Numbered from the stretch's first letter, positions 51,534 to 61,801 are shown. The stretch is DNA of 64,000 nucleotides from an uncultured Trueperaceae bacterium (GCA_963727505.1 CAVSGP010000002.1:271562-335561), one strand, 5' to 3'. The notes: generated by a model from the sequence alone, not told the origin. Numbers and translations: made by a program.

Positions 51534-52168
51534 GCCCCTCAGCAATTCAAAAGCAACGCATGCGCAGCTCCGAGGAGCAACTGCGTAGACGCCTGTGGCT
51601 AGACCTGCCACACGTGCGACCGCTGGTCGAGATCGTTCACGTCATCCAGCGCGAGCTCGGCTCGCACTACATCATCCCAATGCCCGATCCGCTCGACGGC
51701 GGCTGCGACGCGCGCGTCTTGATCCTGCTAGAAGCGCCTGGGCCACGCGCCATCGAGACCGGCTTCATCTCACTCGACAATCCAGACCCCACGGCCAACA
51801 CCTTGCGCGAGTTGCTCGCCAAGGCGGGCGTGGCGCGCTCCGACGTGCTGATGTGGAACTCGGTGCCGTGGTTCATCGTCGACGACAACGGCAACAACGT
51901 GGCGCCGACGAAGGATGAGCACGTCCGGGCGCGACCGTACCTGGCCTTCGTGCTGCACCAACTTCCGCGCCTGCGCGCCGTTCTCCTCATGGGCAACCAC
52001 GCACAGCACGGCTGGGACACCTTCGCTTGGCCTCGGCCCATGACCGCGTACCGCACGAACCACCCCAGCGCGCGAGGGTTGGCACGCGCCGAAGCGCAGA
52101 AGGAGGCGCTCGCGACCATCCGTGAACTCGCAGCCGAGTTGCGCCGACCGACCCAAGCTGAACCATGA
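51530..52168 (+). CDS. Uracil-DNA glycosylase family protein
   Basis: PDPLDGG, LLEAPG, GFISLDNPDPTA, WNSVPW, LMGNHAQ, HPS. Confidence 0.82.
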   Translation: MSPSAIQKQRMRSSEEQLRRRLWLDLPHVRPLVEIVHVIQRELGSHYIIPMPDPLDGGCDARVLILLEAPGPRAIETGFISLDNPDPTANTLRELLAKAGVARSDVLMWNSVPWFIVDDNGNNVAPTKDEHVRARPYLAFVLHQLPRLRAVLLMGNHAQHGWDTFAWPRPMTAYRTNHPSARGLARAEAQKEALATIRELAAELRRPTQAEP

Positions 52169-52268
52169 TCTCCCATGTGTCCGGCGGATACGCGTGTCGG
52201 AACGGAGTTCGCCACTGCGTCGTTTGCGCTGTGGCGGGATGGGCACGCCGATAGCGTTGGTGATCCCG

Positions 52269-53195
52269 TCAATCGCGTTTGCCAACAACAACGACTTCAT
52301 CTACGAACGCCAAGCGCGAGGACGCCTTGGAGAAATCGCGCCACGCCTTGTCACGGAAGCCGCCATCAAGCAGCGTCACGTGAGTAGTGCCGTGCCCAGG
52401 CGCGTCAAGCCCGTAGTTGACCTCCAAACCTCCGCGCTCCGTGAGAACGTACCTGGCGTGCATCCGTGTCCCATCTTCAGCCTCCCCCCAACGCACAAGC
52501 GTCAGAGAAAGGCCGCTAGGAACAACCTCGCTGAGACGTGCGGCAGCTCCACCCCACTCCTCAGCTGAACCGTCTCTTGCTTTGCTCGAGACGTGCAGTT
52601 CTACGAGTGCGCCCCCGGAACCCGGCGCATCTCGTCGGCGGCGCGCCTCAAACGTCCTCAATAGCGCCGCAAGTCCCCGGAGCCACCGCGGCCCCGTCGG
52701 ATCGAAATTCGGATCGACCAGCTTCAGTCTGTAACTGATCTCGAAGAGCGGCGCGCACACCTCGGCTAAAGAGCGGCCATCCCGGTCGATCTCCGCATGC
52801 CTATCGACCTGCCACAACGGTGTCACCTCATCAACCTCGTCCGCGGCCAGCACCTTGTCATTCCCGTGCGGGTTTCCATCTGCGACGATCGCCCTCAACG
52901 CCCCCGAGTTCGCTTCGGCATTCTCAAGCCAAGAGTGGTTGCCATCATAGGGATGGCGTACGTTCCGCACGCACGCCTTCTCTCTCGCCGACAACAAGTC
53001 AATCTCGAGCCTCTTCATCTCCACTTCTGAGAGGTCAGCTGCCCTCGCGGCGTCCCAAACCGACCTTTGCCACCGGTTGAGCTTGGGTATCTCTGCGATG
53101 AGGCGCCCATGCTCAACACCCAACTGGGCGAAGAAGAACCGCCGCCGAAAGCGATCAAAGATTACGGATGGGTCGAGAGCGAACTCATGAAGCAT
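52269..53195 (-). CDS. Hypothetical protein with C-terminal PLD/MIT_C-like motif (putative nuclease effector)
   Basis: LVDPNF...MHARYVLTERGGLEVNYGLD; TGATG-coupled to the ATPase. Confidence 0.6.
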   Translation of the reverse strand: MLHEFALDPSVIFDRFRRRFFFAQLGVEHGRLIAEIPKLNRWQRSVWDAARAADLSEVEMKRLEIDLLSAREKACVRNVRHPYDGNHSWLENAEANSGALRAIVADGNPHGNDKVLAADEVDEVTPLWQVDRHAEIDRDGRSLAEVCAPLFEISYRLKLVDPNFDPTGPRWLRGLAALLRTFEARRRRDAPGSGGALVELHVSSKARDGSAEEWGGAAARLSEVVPSGLSLTLVRWGEAEDGTRMHARYVLTERGGLEVNYGLDAPGHGTTHVTLLDGGFRDKAWRDFSKASSRLAFVDEVVVVGKRD

Positions 53196-54841
53196 CAGAA
53201 CAGCTCTTCCGCCCGCTCGGTGAAGAAGCCCTCCGGCCAACGCTCCGTGAAATCCCCATCTTCCGTAACGGGCAACTCGATGACCCTTGACCCAGAGGGC
53301 GTCGATTCCACGTAGATGACGGAAACATCTTCTGGGCGCAAGGCCAACGCATCGTCAAGCAGGACCCCTTCGCTGGTCTCGCGAATCCTTCGGAGAACTC
53401 GAAGAATCAGGTGCTCGCTGTGGGTCTCGATAACGAACCGGTTGCCAGCATCGCCCGTCGCCGAACGAATGAAGACATCTCCCAGCTCCGCCTGGAGACC
53501 CGGATGCAAATGCAGTTCCGGCTGTTCGATCATGATTTGGCGGCGTTGTGAGCCGAAGGCCGAGACGAGAACAGGCAAGACCTGTGACACGCCAACACCG
53601 ATGTCGCGATGGCTAACACGTGTGCCGCTCCGGAGGTCTTCCAGAACGAGATCCCGACTCGAGGGCGGCACACGCTGGAGAGCGTCCGAGAAGCTCTCAT
53701 CTGGCCTTCCAGCCATAGCGTCGAAAGTCTGCTCGATGTCCTCATGCGCGTACTGGACGCGCTCCCGAAAACGGTAACCGGTTCTCAGGAAGTCAGAGCC
53801 AAGCCAAGCATTCACCTGCTGCCGGACCTCAGCGTTGCGGAGCATCGTCTGCCACGCGTGAGCACCGCCGGCTTCTCGAAATGTCTCGGGGTCCGCCGTG
53901 GGATTGAGATGACGCTGAGGGTAGGCCCGCAACGGACCCAGATAATCGAGGCGCTCCAAAGCCGAAAGCAGGATCGGCCGGACCATACTGGCAGCTTGCA
54001 TGACCGCTAAAGCCAACAGGTCCGGGAGCCAGTAGCTCTCGCTCTCCATGCTGAAAGGCTGCTCGTAACGGTTGGACAACGCGAGCACGTGCGCCAAGGC
54101 GACTTGATCATCCACCGGAGAGCGCAATCGCCGGTCAAAGCACAACCGGCTCAGCTCCTCGAGAACCGTCTCGCGAAGAGCCTCAACCCATGGTCTGATG
54201 GCGTCCTTCTTGTCCAGGTATGCAATCAGGTCCAGACCATCAACCAGATCACCATCGATCCTTATGGTGCCCTTGTTCGCGACGTCATCGATCACGTCAG
54301 CAAGGAAGGGCGCGCGCAGGCCCACCTCCCGGAGATCGAAGCAACCGTAGATGCCGTCCGAGCGAGCCGACCTGACGGCGTCAAGGAACGTGATACCGCC
54401 TGACGAAACAGTCAGACGTGTTGGACCCGGCCCCGACTGGACCGACACATCACGGGCCTCGGGCACGCCAAGTTCGAGCGATATCCCGAGCCTTTCGAAC
54501 CTCCGTGCGCCGGAATCTACGCTAGCGTCGGTGGGATCAGCCGTAATGACCTCCGAGGTACCTTCCTCGACCAGAACGCCCAGGTGCGCCGGCTCATCGA
54601 GCTCGTGTCTGTGCACGAAGTTCTCGAAGCCGCCCAAATCAACGGAATCACCACCGAGACCCGTACGGTATGCATCCCAGTCACCAGCCTCAACACCGTG
54701 ACGAAGCAGTAGCAGTGCGTGCAACAGGCTTGACTTCCCCGAACTGTTGGCTCCGAAGATCAGCGTGATGGGACGAAGCGGAACACTCTGCATGTCCCGA
54801 AATGCCTTGAAATTCCCGACTTCCAGCCGCCCAATCACCAC
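53195..54841 (-). CDS. AAA_21/OLD-like ABC ATPase with DUF3696-type C-terminus
   Basis: NFKAF, FGANSSGKSS, YLGPLR, IGVGVSQVLPV, IEQPELHLHP, IETHSEHLILR, WPEGFF. Confidence 0.88.
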   Translation of the reverse strand: MVIGRLEVGNFKAFRDMQSVPLRPITLIFGANSSGKSSLLHALLLLRHGVEAGDWDAYRTGLGGDSVDLGGFENFVHRHELDEPAHLGVLVEEGTSEVITADPTDASVDSGARRFERLGISLELGVPEARDVSVQSGPGPTRLTVSSGGITFLDAVRSARSDGIYGCFDLREVGLRAPFLADVIDDVANKGTIRIDGDLVDGLDLIAYLDKKDAIRPWVEALRETVLEELSRLCFDRRLRSPVDDQVALAHVLALSNRYEQPFSMESESYWLPDLLALAVMQAASMVRPILLSALERLDYLGPLRAYPQRHLNPTADPETFREAGGAHAWQTMLRNAEVRQQVNAWLGSDFLRTGYRFRERVQYAHEDIEQTFDAMAGRPDESFSDALQRVPPSSRDLVLEDLRSGTRVSHRDIGVGVSQVLPVLVSAFGSQRRQIMIEQPELHLHPGLQAELGDVFIRSATGDAGNRFVIETHSEHLILRVLRRIRETSEGVLLDDALALRPEDVSVIYVESTPSGSRVIELPVTEDGDFTERWPEGFFTERAEELF

Positions 54842-54921
54842 CCACTCGCCCTCTCACGGCAACGACACTCGCCAAGTGCGTTGGGAGCGCCGCTCACCCA
54901 CTTGCAGTGCTGCACGCCGAC

Positions 54922-55197
54922 CTAACGCTGGCGAGGCAAGCGATACCTAATGATCAGGTTGGCTCCCCTCCCCATAGGCGGAATTCGCAGGCTTACGTCA
55001 CCAGGACACATCGCACCCGTCATGACACTGCAACAGGTTGGCATCCTATGCTTGTGGCCCGGGTACATGCCTACCTCGCGATAAAGGTCGCCGCTTCTGA
55101 CATCAACGTAGGGCCTCCCACGTTGGGCCGACCGGTCAAGAACCGCATCCAGGACCGCTTCAAACTCCAGCGTTCGAGGAGTGTCATCGACTACCAT
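54922..55197 (-). CDS. Small conserved protein (YPG-HRMP-CC motif)
   Basis: SGDLYREVGMYPGHKHRMPTCCSVM...GD...PPMGRGANLIIRYRLPR; recalled as a module that also occurs fused to HNH nucleases. Confidence 0.65.
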   Translation of the reverse strand: MVVDDTPRTLEFEAVLDAVLDRSAQRGRPYVDVRSGDLYREVGMYPGHKHRMPTCCSVMTGAMCPGDVSLRIPPMGRGANLIIRYRLPRQR

Positions 55198-55324
55198 GGT
55201 CTGCTCCCAAAGCTGACGCTACGCGCACTGTGTCTGCATTCTACGGTCATGCGGCGAAGGGAACGCGCCCAGCGGTCTCGGAGAGGCTCAGCCGCTGAAA
55301 TCCCCACAACCTAACTGGCTCAAC

Positions 55325-55630
55325 GCCTGGGGTTCTGTAAAGGGTCAAGAGAAGGATCATCGCCAGAACTGTCGGGACGGCGACCCCAACGAGCCCTGCT
55401 ACGGCACCGGGCCAACCTGCAACCTTGTAGCCTACGTATCCGGCCATCTTGGTAGCAATCGGGCCAGGAAGTGCGTTCCCAAACGGGATAGCATCCAGGA
55501 ATTCCGCTCGGGTGAGTCAGTGCTGCAGTTCTACGACCTCTTCCTGAACGAGAGGAATCATCGAAGGGCCGCCCCCAAGTCCGAAAATTCCAACCTTGGC
55601 GAATGACCAGAAGACGGCGAGGACTTTCAT
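55325..55630 (-). pseudogene. Short-chain chromate transporter (ChrA) pseudogene
   Basis: FAKVGIFGLGGGPSMIP, premature TGA at 55517-55519, LPGPIATKMAGYVGY, truncated after the next TM. Confidence 0.82.
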
Positions 55631-56595
55631 TGTGCGCCTCCGGGAAGCTCGAGGCCGCGACTGGTCAACTCTGTACGGTGCGGAAACGAAGTCTGCGTTC
55701 CGGGGCGTTCAACGGACTCCGAAGCCACGGCACACGCCAGCTCAACGGCGCTCGCGAGGGAGGCGCCCCAAGCCAACATCGCAGAGAAGGCCCCGATGAA
55801 CGCATCGCCTGCCCCCGTCGTGTCCAAAGCAGTCTTGCTTGGAGCGGAAAAATGTGAGGTCCCCTTAAGCGAGCACACGAGCGCACCGCGCGCACCCAGC
55901 GTGACGACCACCGTCTGGTCGGGCCTCGAGATGAGACTTGTGGCCGCCGACGTAATGTCATCCATCGATTCGAGTCTCGAGCCGGTCAAGTTCTCTAGCT
56001 CTGTCTCATTCGGCACCACGTAATCCGCCAACTCAAGAAGTGCGGGTGGCACGGGTATGGCAGGCGCAGGATTGAGGACGGTCGTTGCACCCGCATCGTG
56101 TGCAATCACGAAGGCGGCCTTCACGGCCGCAACAGGGACCTCGAGCTGGCAGACGACAACCCTTGTCTGGCGTATCGGAGCAGCCGATGCGGTGACTACG
56201 GACTCGCTCAAGCCCTGATTTGCGCCGGGCGCGATAAGTACGATGTTCTGGCCATCTCGCTGAACGGTAATCGGAGCGACCCCGGATGGCAGGTCCTGCA
56301 CTCTGTGGATATGTGCAATATCAACTCCGTTGGCCACTAGGTTCTCTACGGTGACGTCTCCGAAGTGATCCTTGCCCAGGGCCGCAACGAGTGCAACGCG
56401 GGCGCCGAGCCGTGAGGCCATGACCGCTTGGTTGGCGCCCTTGCCACCGAAGCCAATCCGAAATCCATCTGCTACGCACGTTTCTCCGAGCCTCGGGATC
56501 CTCTCGACCTGGGCGATGAGGTCGATCATGCAGCTTCCCACCACGACAACGTCAAGAGCGCGGTGCGCGGAGTCGTGCGCTTGCCTAGCCACCAC
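55627..56595 (-). CDS. rbsK: Ribokinase / PfkB-family kinase
   Basis: GGKGANQAV, LNPAPA, PNETE, DTTGAGDAF. Confidence 0.85.
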   Translation of the reverse strand: MVARQAHDSAHRALDVVVVGSCMIDLIAQVERIPRLGETCVADGFRIGFGGKGANQAVMASRLGARVALVAALGKDHFGDVTVENLVANGVDIAHIHRVQDLPSGVAPITVQRDGQNIVLIAPGANQGLSESVVTASAAPIRQTRVVVCQLEVPVAAVKAAFVIAHDAGATTVLNPAPAIPVPPALLELADYVVPNETELENLTGSRLESMDDITSAATSLISRPDQTVVVTLGARGALVCSLKGTSHFSAPSKTALDTTGAGDAFIGAFSAMLAWGASLASAVELACAVASESVERPGTQTSFPHRTELTSRGLELPGGAQ

Positions 56596-57329
56596 TTCCT
56601 AGCCACGAGACGAGGTTTGACCAGAGCCGAGGGTACCCATCCCAGTCAACGAAGGCGGGAGGAACCCAGTGAGGACCACAGTCGGACGCGAAGATGGCTG
56701 TGCGCCCACGACCCGTTTCCCGAAGCGCAATCAGTGGGTCCCCGCATATCTCGGCAATAAGGGTCGCATCTTCCTTCATTGTGGACTTGTTGTAACCGAG
56801 CAGCGCTGGCCAGGCTTCGAGGCCCTTGGCAACGGCATGCCCGCTATCCACAGTTCGAGGGATCTCACCTTGAGGCAGCTCAGATCGGTCATCGTGCGCC
56901 ATGAGTGTCACCGGCAGAAGCGACTCGATTACAGTCCCGTGGTATCCCGCCTTTCCATCAATGCCCTGGAACGTAAGGTAGCCGCCGACCATGAGCAACC
57001 CCCCGCCAGCTCGAACGTAGGAGCTCGATCACGTCGAGCCGATTCGGCTGGCGGCGAGACTCCACGAACGTAGCGTCACTGAGGAGAAGCGTGTTCTTCC
57101 CGATGTCGCTCAAGATGACGACGTCATATTCCCTCAGTCCTTCTTCGGTCGAAGGGAACTGGCTCTGCGCAAGGTGGTTCGGCAGGTACGACACCTCGTG
57201 GCCGCCAGCCTCAAGAGCACTTCTCAGCGGTCCTACCCCTTCGTGGTACGAGGTTGTCGTGAACGAGTCGAAGCCCTTGATGTGAACGGAATGGGTAACC
57301 CAGGACTCCCCTGCAATAAGTACGCGCAT
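56585..57329 (-). CDS. Glutamine amidotransferase-like (DUF1355/GATase1-like) protein, frameshift near 57020
   Basis: VLIAGESW..H.KGFD, YDVVILSDIG.N, then GGGLLMVGGYLTFQG, SDCGPHW. Confidence 0.82.
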
Positions 57330-57340
57330 GCGGCTCCTCT

Positions 57341-57381
57341 CTCCTGTGGCAGGGAGCGTCCATGGCGCCCTGCCACAGGAG
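57341..57381 (-). terminator. Stem-loop after the substrate-binding protein gene
   Basis: CTCCTGTGGCAGGG...CCCTGCCACAGGAG perfect 14-bp inverted repeat; probably mRNA-stabilising. Confidence 0.6.
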
Positions 57382-57396
57382 CCGAGTGACTAGTGA

Positions 57397-58908
57397 CTAC
57401 TTCAGACTCACTGCTTCGAGGTGGAAGGCCCCATCAGGCCACTGCTGGTAGTTCTCGACATTGTTAGAAGCCGCCTGAAGGATCGCGTCGTGGTGGAAGA
57501 AGATGAGTGGCGCCTGATCAGCGATGATCGTCTGCGCCTGTTGGTAGAGGTCCGAACGCTTGGTTTGGTCAAGCGTTACCCGAGCCTCGTTCAACAGGTT
57601 GTCCACATCCTGGTTCTTCCAGCCCGCGAAGTTGTTCGGACCGTCCATTGTGAAGTAGTTGTACATGTTCCCGTCAGGGTCGGGGCGTCCAGACCATGGC
57701 GCCCAGCAGGCGTCGAACGTGCGATTCCGCAGCACGGTGATGAGGCTCGTCGAGTCAATCTGCTTGACGCTGACCTTAAAGCCAGCCTCGGCCGCCTGGG
57801 CCTGCACAATCTCCGCGATCCGGACCTGAATTGGGGAATTGGTGACTGTGATTGCGAAGGACAGCCCATCCGGATACCCCGCGTCTGCGAGGAGTTGCTT
57901 CGCCTTCTGCACGTCAGGGTTATACGGCTTGAAGTTGGAGTCATACGCCCATGGAATGGCCGGAGGAATCGGACCATAGGAGACCGTGCCGGTATTGAAG
58001 TAGACGACGCGCTCGATCACGTTCGGGTCGATGCTGTACCAGAGTGCCTGCCTGACCCGCGGATCGCTGAACGGCTTGGCAGTGGTGTTGAGCGCGATGT
58101 CGTTGAAGCCGAGACCCGGCTGCTCGAATACCTGCACAGCACTGTTCGACTTCAGGTTCTGCACGTTCTGCGGTGGCACACCGTTGGCGAGCTGCAGGGT
58201 CCCGCTGAGAAGGTTCGTGAGACGTACCGTTTCGTCTGGCATCGGCTTGAGCACGACCTTGTCCAGGTGCGGTTCGCCTTCGCGCCAGTACCCGTCAAAC
58301 CGTTCGAGCACGAGCTCCGAGTTCTTGACCCAGCTAACTACTTTGAACGGCCCCGCGCCGACTGCCTCGGTGCTGAAGTTTTCGCCGAGCTTCTCGAGAG
58401 CAGTTGGTGACACCATCATCCCTGCGCGGTTCGTGAGGACGGACAAGAATGGCGCGTACGGCTTGCTAAGCGTGATGCGGAACGACAGGGGGCCTGTAAC
58501 GTCTACAGAAGAGACCGGGCCCAGTTCGGAACGCCTCGGCGACCCCGTGTCCGGATTCAGCATCCTATCGAAGTTCGCCTTCACGGCATCCGCGTCAAGC
58601 TTCGTGCCGTCCTGGAACGTGAGGCCGGAGCGGAGGGTGAAGTCGTACACGGTGTCATTCGAAACCTTCCAGGACTCCACCAACCCGGGCTCGATCTTCA
58701 GATCTGGCGTCATGTGCAGCAGCGGCTCAAACACGAGGTACTGAACGCTCAACTCGAAGAAGGACCCCATCAACGCAGGATCTAACGTGACCGGGTCGGA
58801 AACGATGCCTACGGTGAGCGTTCCTCCCTTTGAGCTTGCCTGAGCCGAAACGGTCATTGACAGCGTGACAAGTATGGCCACTGCCAGGCTTCGAAGTGTC
58901 TTATTCAT
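57397..58908 (-). CDS. ABC substrate-binding protein, family 5 (Opp/Dpp/Nik)
   Basis: Signal peptide; TLDPA, FQDGTKLDADAV, GAGPF, PFSDPRVRQAL. Confidence 0.93.
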   Translation of the reverse strand: MNKTLRSLAVAILVTLSMTVSAQASSKGGTLTVGIVSDPVTLDPALMGSFFELSVQYLVFEPLLHMTPDLKIEPGLVESWKVSNDTVYDFTLRSGLTFQDGTKLDADAVKANFDRMLNPDTGSPRRSELGPVSSVDVTGPLSFRITLSKPYAPFLSVLTNRAGMMVSPTALEKLGENFSTEAVGAGPFKVVSWVKNSELVLERFDGYWREGEPHLDKVVLKPMPDETVRLTNLLSGTLQLANGVPPQNVQNLKSNSAVQVFEQPGLGFNDIALNTTAKPFSDPRVRQALWYSIDPNVIERVVYFNTGTVSYGPIPPAIPWAYDSNFKPYNPDVQKAKQLLADAGYPDGLSFAITVTNSPIQVRIAEIVQAQAAEAGFKVSVKQIDSTSLITVLRNRTFDACWAPWSGRPDPDGNMYNYFTMDGPNNFAGWKNQDVDNLLNEARVTLDQTKRSDLYQQAQTIIADQAPLIFFHHDAILQAASNNVENYQQWPDGAFHLEAVSLK

Positions 58909-58989
58909 ACCTTCCTCCTTGGCGATTCGCTTCTATGTGACGGCAAACGGTCCCCTACCGTCTCACGGCTCGACCAATTCAGCACCCCC

Positions 58990-59859
58990 TCACCGGCTCC
59001 TGGGATCGAACAGGTCACGCAACCCGTCTCCCAAGATGTTGAAGCCAAGGACCACAACGAAGATCGCAAGTCCCGGAAACCAAGCCATCCAGGGCGCCAA
59101 GCTCAAGAAGCCAATCGCCGACTTGAGCATGTTGCCCCAACTGGCTGTGGGCGGCTGGATACCGAGACCCAGGAATGACAGGTACGACTCGGTGATGATC
59201 GCGCTGGCAAAGAGGAGTGTTCCCTGAATGATGAGCGGAGCAACGATGTTCGGTGCAATGTGCCGGAACATGACCGTTCGGGAGCTCGCACCGAGTGCCC
59301 TACTCGCTTCGATGTATGCCTGCTCCCGGACCGTAAGCACCTGTCCTCTCGACAGACGCGCAAACACCGGTACATAGACGACGGAGATCGCGATCATCGC
59401 GTTTGTCAAGGAGGGGCCGAGCACCGCCGTGATGGCCAAGGCCAAGAGAATGCTCGGGAACGCGAAGATGATGTCCATGAATCGCATCAGGACGTTGTCC
59501 CACGTTCCACCGAAGAACCCCGCGGCAAGCCCGATCGTGCCGCCCGAAAGGAAGGCGCCCGAGACGCTGATCAGCCCCACCGACAACGACACTCTGGTGC
59601 CAAACACGATCCGTGAGAAGATGTCTCGCCCCAGGTCGTCTGTTCCGAACCAGTACCGTGCGCTTGGTGGCCTAAGGGCATCTAAGAAGTGAGGAGCGTT
59701 GGGGTCGAAGTGCGCGATGAAGGGGGCAAAGACGGCCACGAGAATGGTGATGGCTGCAACCACGACTCCGGCCATCGCGCGCCGGTCTCGCACGATGGTT
59801 CGCAGAGCACGACGCCAGGGTGCGTCGCCGGTTCTGGTCTCGAGCGGCGGGGCAGTCAA
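58990..59859 (-). CDS. ABC permease, DppC/OppC type
   Basis: FGTDDLGRDIFSR, YIEASRALGAS, LSFLGLG. Confidence 0.93.
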   Translation of the reverse strand: MTAPPLETRTGDAPWRRALRTIVRDRRAMAGVVVAAITILVAVFAPFIAHFDPNAPHFLDALRPPSARYWFGTDDLGRDIFSRIVFGTRVSLSVGLISVSGAFLSGGTIGLAAGFFGGTWDNVLMRFMDIIFAFPSILLALAITAVLGPSLTNAMIAISVVYVPVFARLSRGQVLTVREQAYIEASRALGASSRTVMFRHIAPNIVAPLIIQGTLLFASAIITESYLSFLGLGIQPPTASWGNMLKSAIGFLSLAPWMAWFPGLAIFVVVLGFNILGDGLRDLFDPRSR

Positions 59860-60797
59860 TAGACGATCCTCGGGTCAAGAAGGGTATACACAACGTCGGT
59901 GACGAGATTTATCACCACGAACAGAAGTGCCATCGTGAGCACCGCACCTTGGACGATTGGGTAGTCCCGCGCGAAGATCGCGTCGACCGTCAGTTTTCCT
60001 AGGCCCGGCCAAGCAAATACCGTCTCTGTCACCACGACACCGCCCAATAGCTGGCCCATCTGAATCCCGAGGAGCGTGACGACCGGCATGATTGCGTTTC
60101 GAAATCCGTGCTTGTAGATAACCGTCCAGTTCGCCAGACCCTTTGCACGAGCTGTGCGAACGAAATCCTGCTCCAGGGTTTCGAGCATCGAGGCCCTGGT
60201 CATTCGCATGGTGGCCGCAGCGAGCGCGAGCCCCAGCGTGACACTCGGGAGAATCAGGTGCCGGATCGCCTGCCAAGGGTTAGGCGACCAAGCCCCGATT
60301 CCAGAAGACGGGAGAATAGGAATTGCGAGGGAGAACGAGAGGATCAGCAGGATTCCTAGCCAGAAGCTCGGAAGCGAAAGGCCCGCCAGCGCGCTGAAGG
60401 TGGCGACATAGTCGAAGACCGTGTTCTTCCTCGTCGCAGACGTGATGCCTGCCGGAATGGCGATCACGAGAGAAATGACAATGGCGGCCAGTGACAGTTG
60501 GGCAGTGGGACCGAGGGCCTGCGCAATGAGCGTCGCGACAGGCTTCCGTGTTTGGATGCTTCTTCCGAAATCGCCCTGAACGACGTGCTCGAGCCATATT
60601 GCAAATTGCTCATACACAGGCCGGTCCAGTCCATACTTCGCCTTCAGCGTGTCGACCGTCTGTTGATCTGCCTCTAGACCCACCATTGCTTCGATAGGGC
60701 TACCAGGTACTAGCTGGGCGATAAGGAAGGCAATGACGGACACACCGAGCAGAATCGGGACCAGGGTTACCACCCTCGTGAGGATGTACCTCAGCAC
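59856..60797 (-). CDS. ABC permease, DppB/OppB type
   Basis: GDFGRS, PSFWLG, TARAKGL, ETVFAWPGLG, LDPRI. Confidence 0.93.
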   Translation of the reverse strand: MLRYILTRVVTLVPILLGVSVIAFLIAQLVPGSPIEAMVGLEADQQTVDTLKAKYGLDRPVYEQFAIWLEHVVQGDFGRSIQTRKPVATLIAQALGPTAQLSLAAIVISLVIAIPAGITSATRKNTVFDYVATFSALAGLSLPSFWLGILLILSFSLAIPILPSSGIGAWSPNPWQAIRHLILPSVTLGLALAAATMRMTRASMLETLEQDFVRTARAKGLANWTVIYKHGFRNAIMPVVTLLGIQMGQLLGGVVVTETVFAWPGLGKLTVDAIFARDYPIVQGAVLTMALLFVVINLVTDVVYTLLDPRIVY

Positions 60798-61672
60798 GGC
60801 CGACCCTCCTCAAACTGCGGTATCGAGGAGTACGTCCCAAGCCGCGTCGTCGCAAGGCCCGCAGCCTGCATTGCAACCTCAATAGCCTGGGCGAACGGCT
60901 TGCCTCGATCTACCAACCCTACAAAGACCCCGCAGAAAACATCTCCCGCCCCCGTCGTGTCCACGGCGTTGACCGCTCTAGCGTGGAAGCGTCGCGCCTC
61001 GTTACCGCGAATCCATATCGCCCCACCCGCCCCGAGCGTCACCAGCACATCAGCAGGACCGAGCGCCGACAGACGCTTTGCCGCCACTTCCGAATCGGAA
61101 ATGCGCGCCAACACACAAGCTTCTCCGGCGTTCACGATGAGCACGTTCGTGTATCGGAGAAGCTCGGCGGCTTGCGCTGGAACGGGCGACGCGTTCAACA
61201 CCGTCACGGCGCCTTTGGAACTCGCAAGGTCCAACACGGCCCGCGTGGCCGCTGGCGCCAGGTTTCCTTGGAGCAGAACATGGTCCTGCCGGCCAATAGC
61301 TGCGTTGAGCTTGAAATCGTCGATCCGAAGGCCGCCAGCAGCCGCGTTCGTCGAAACAATCGAGTTCTCTCCGGCCGGGTCAACGAAGATGAAGGATTGG
61401 TCGCTCTCCGAGACTGGCTTCTGAACGTTGAGAGCCCGGAACGCTTCACCCGTGAGTGTCTGATTCAGCCAGTCGCCCGACGAATCTGAGCCCAGCGCCG
61501 TGTAGAAGTCGACGTTCGCCCCCACACGGACGGCCGCAACCGCTTGGTTGGCGCCCTTGCCCCCGAGGTCCCGGAACGCGCGCAGAGCCAACTGAGTCTC
61601 ACCAGGCGCCGGCAGACTGTCGACACGGAAGAACTGGTCCTCTGTGGTGTTTCCGATCACGTGGACTGCCAT
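60791..61672 (-). CDS. Second ribokinase-like PfkB kinase
   Basis: GGKGANQAVAA, LNASP, DTTGAGDVF. Confidence 0.88.
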   Translation of the reverse strand: MAVHVIGNTTEDQFFRVDSLPAPGETQLALRAFRDLGGKGANQAVAAVRVGANVDFYTALGSDSSGDWLNQTLTGEAFRALNVQKPVSESDQSFIFVDPAGENSIVSTNAAAGGLRIDDFKLNAAIGRQDHVLLQGNLAPAATRAVLDLASSKGAVTVLNASPVPAQAAELLRYTNVLIVNAGEACVLARISDSEVAAKRLSALGPADVLVTLGAGGAIWIRGNEARRFHARAVNAVDTTGAGDVFCGVFVGLVDRGKPFAQAIEVAMQAAGLATTRLGTYSSIPQFEEGRPC

Positions 61673-61763
61673 CGAGTATCTGGCGCCGTCCCTTCGCCTG
61701 GAGCAGCGACAACTGCGGGCGAGTAATGGTTGGTCTAACGCTTCCCTTCAAGCAAGGTGAGCG

Positions 61764-61801
61764 GTAAACCGGTTTACAATCTCGTTGTTGATGAGTATAG
61801 T
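61764..61801 (+). promoter_or_regulatory. LacI operator overlapping a sigma70 promoter
   Basis: Perfect palindrome GTAAACCGGTTTAC (61764-61777); TTTACA-17bp-TATAGT. Confidence 0.8.
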
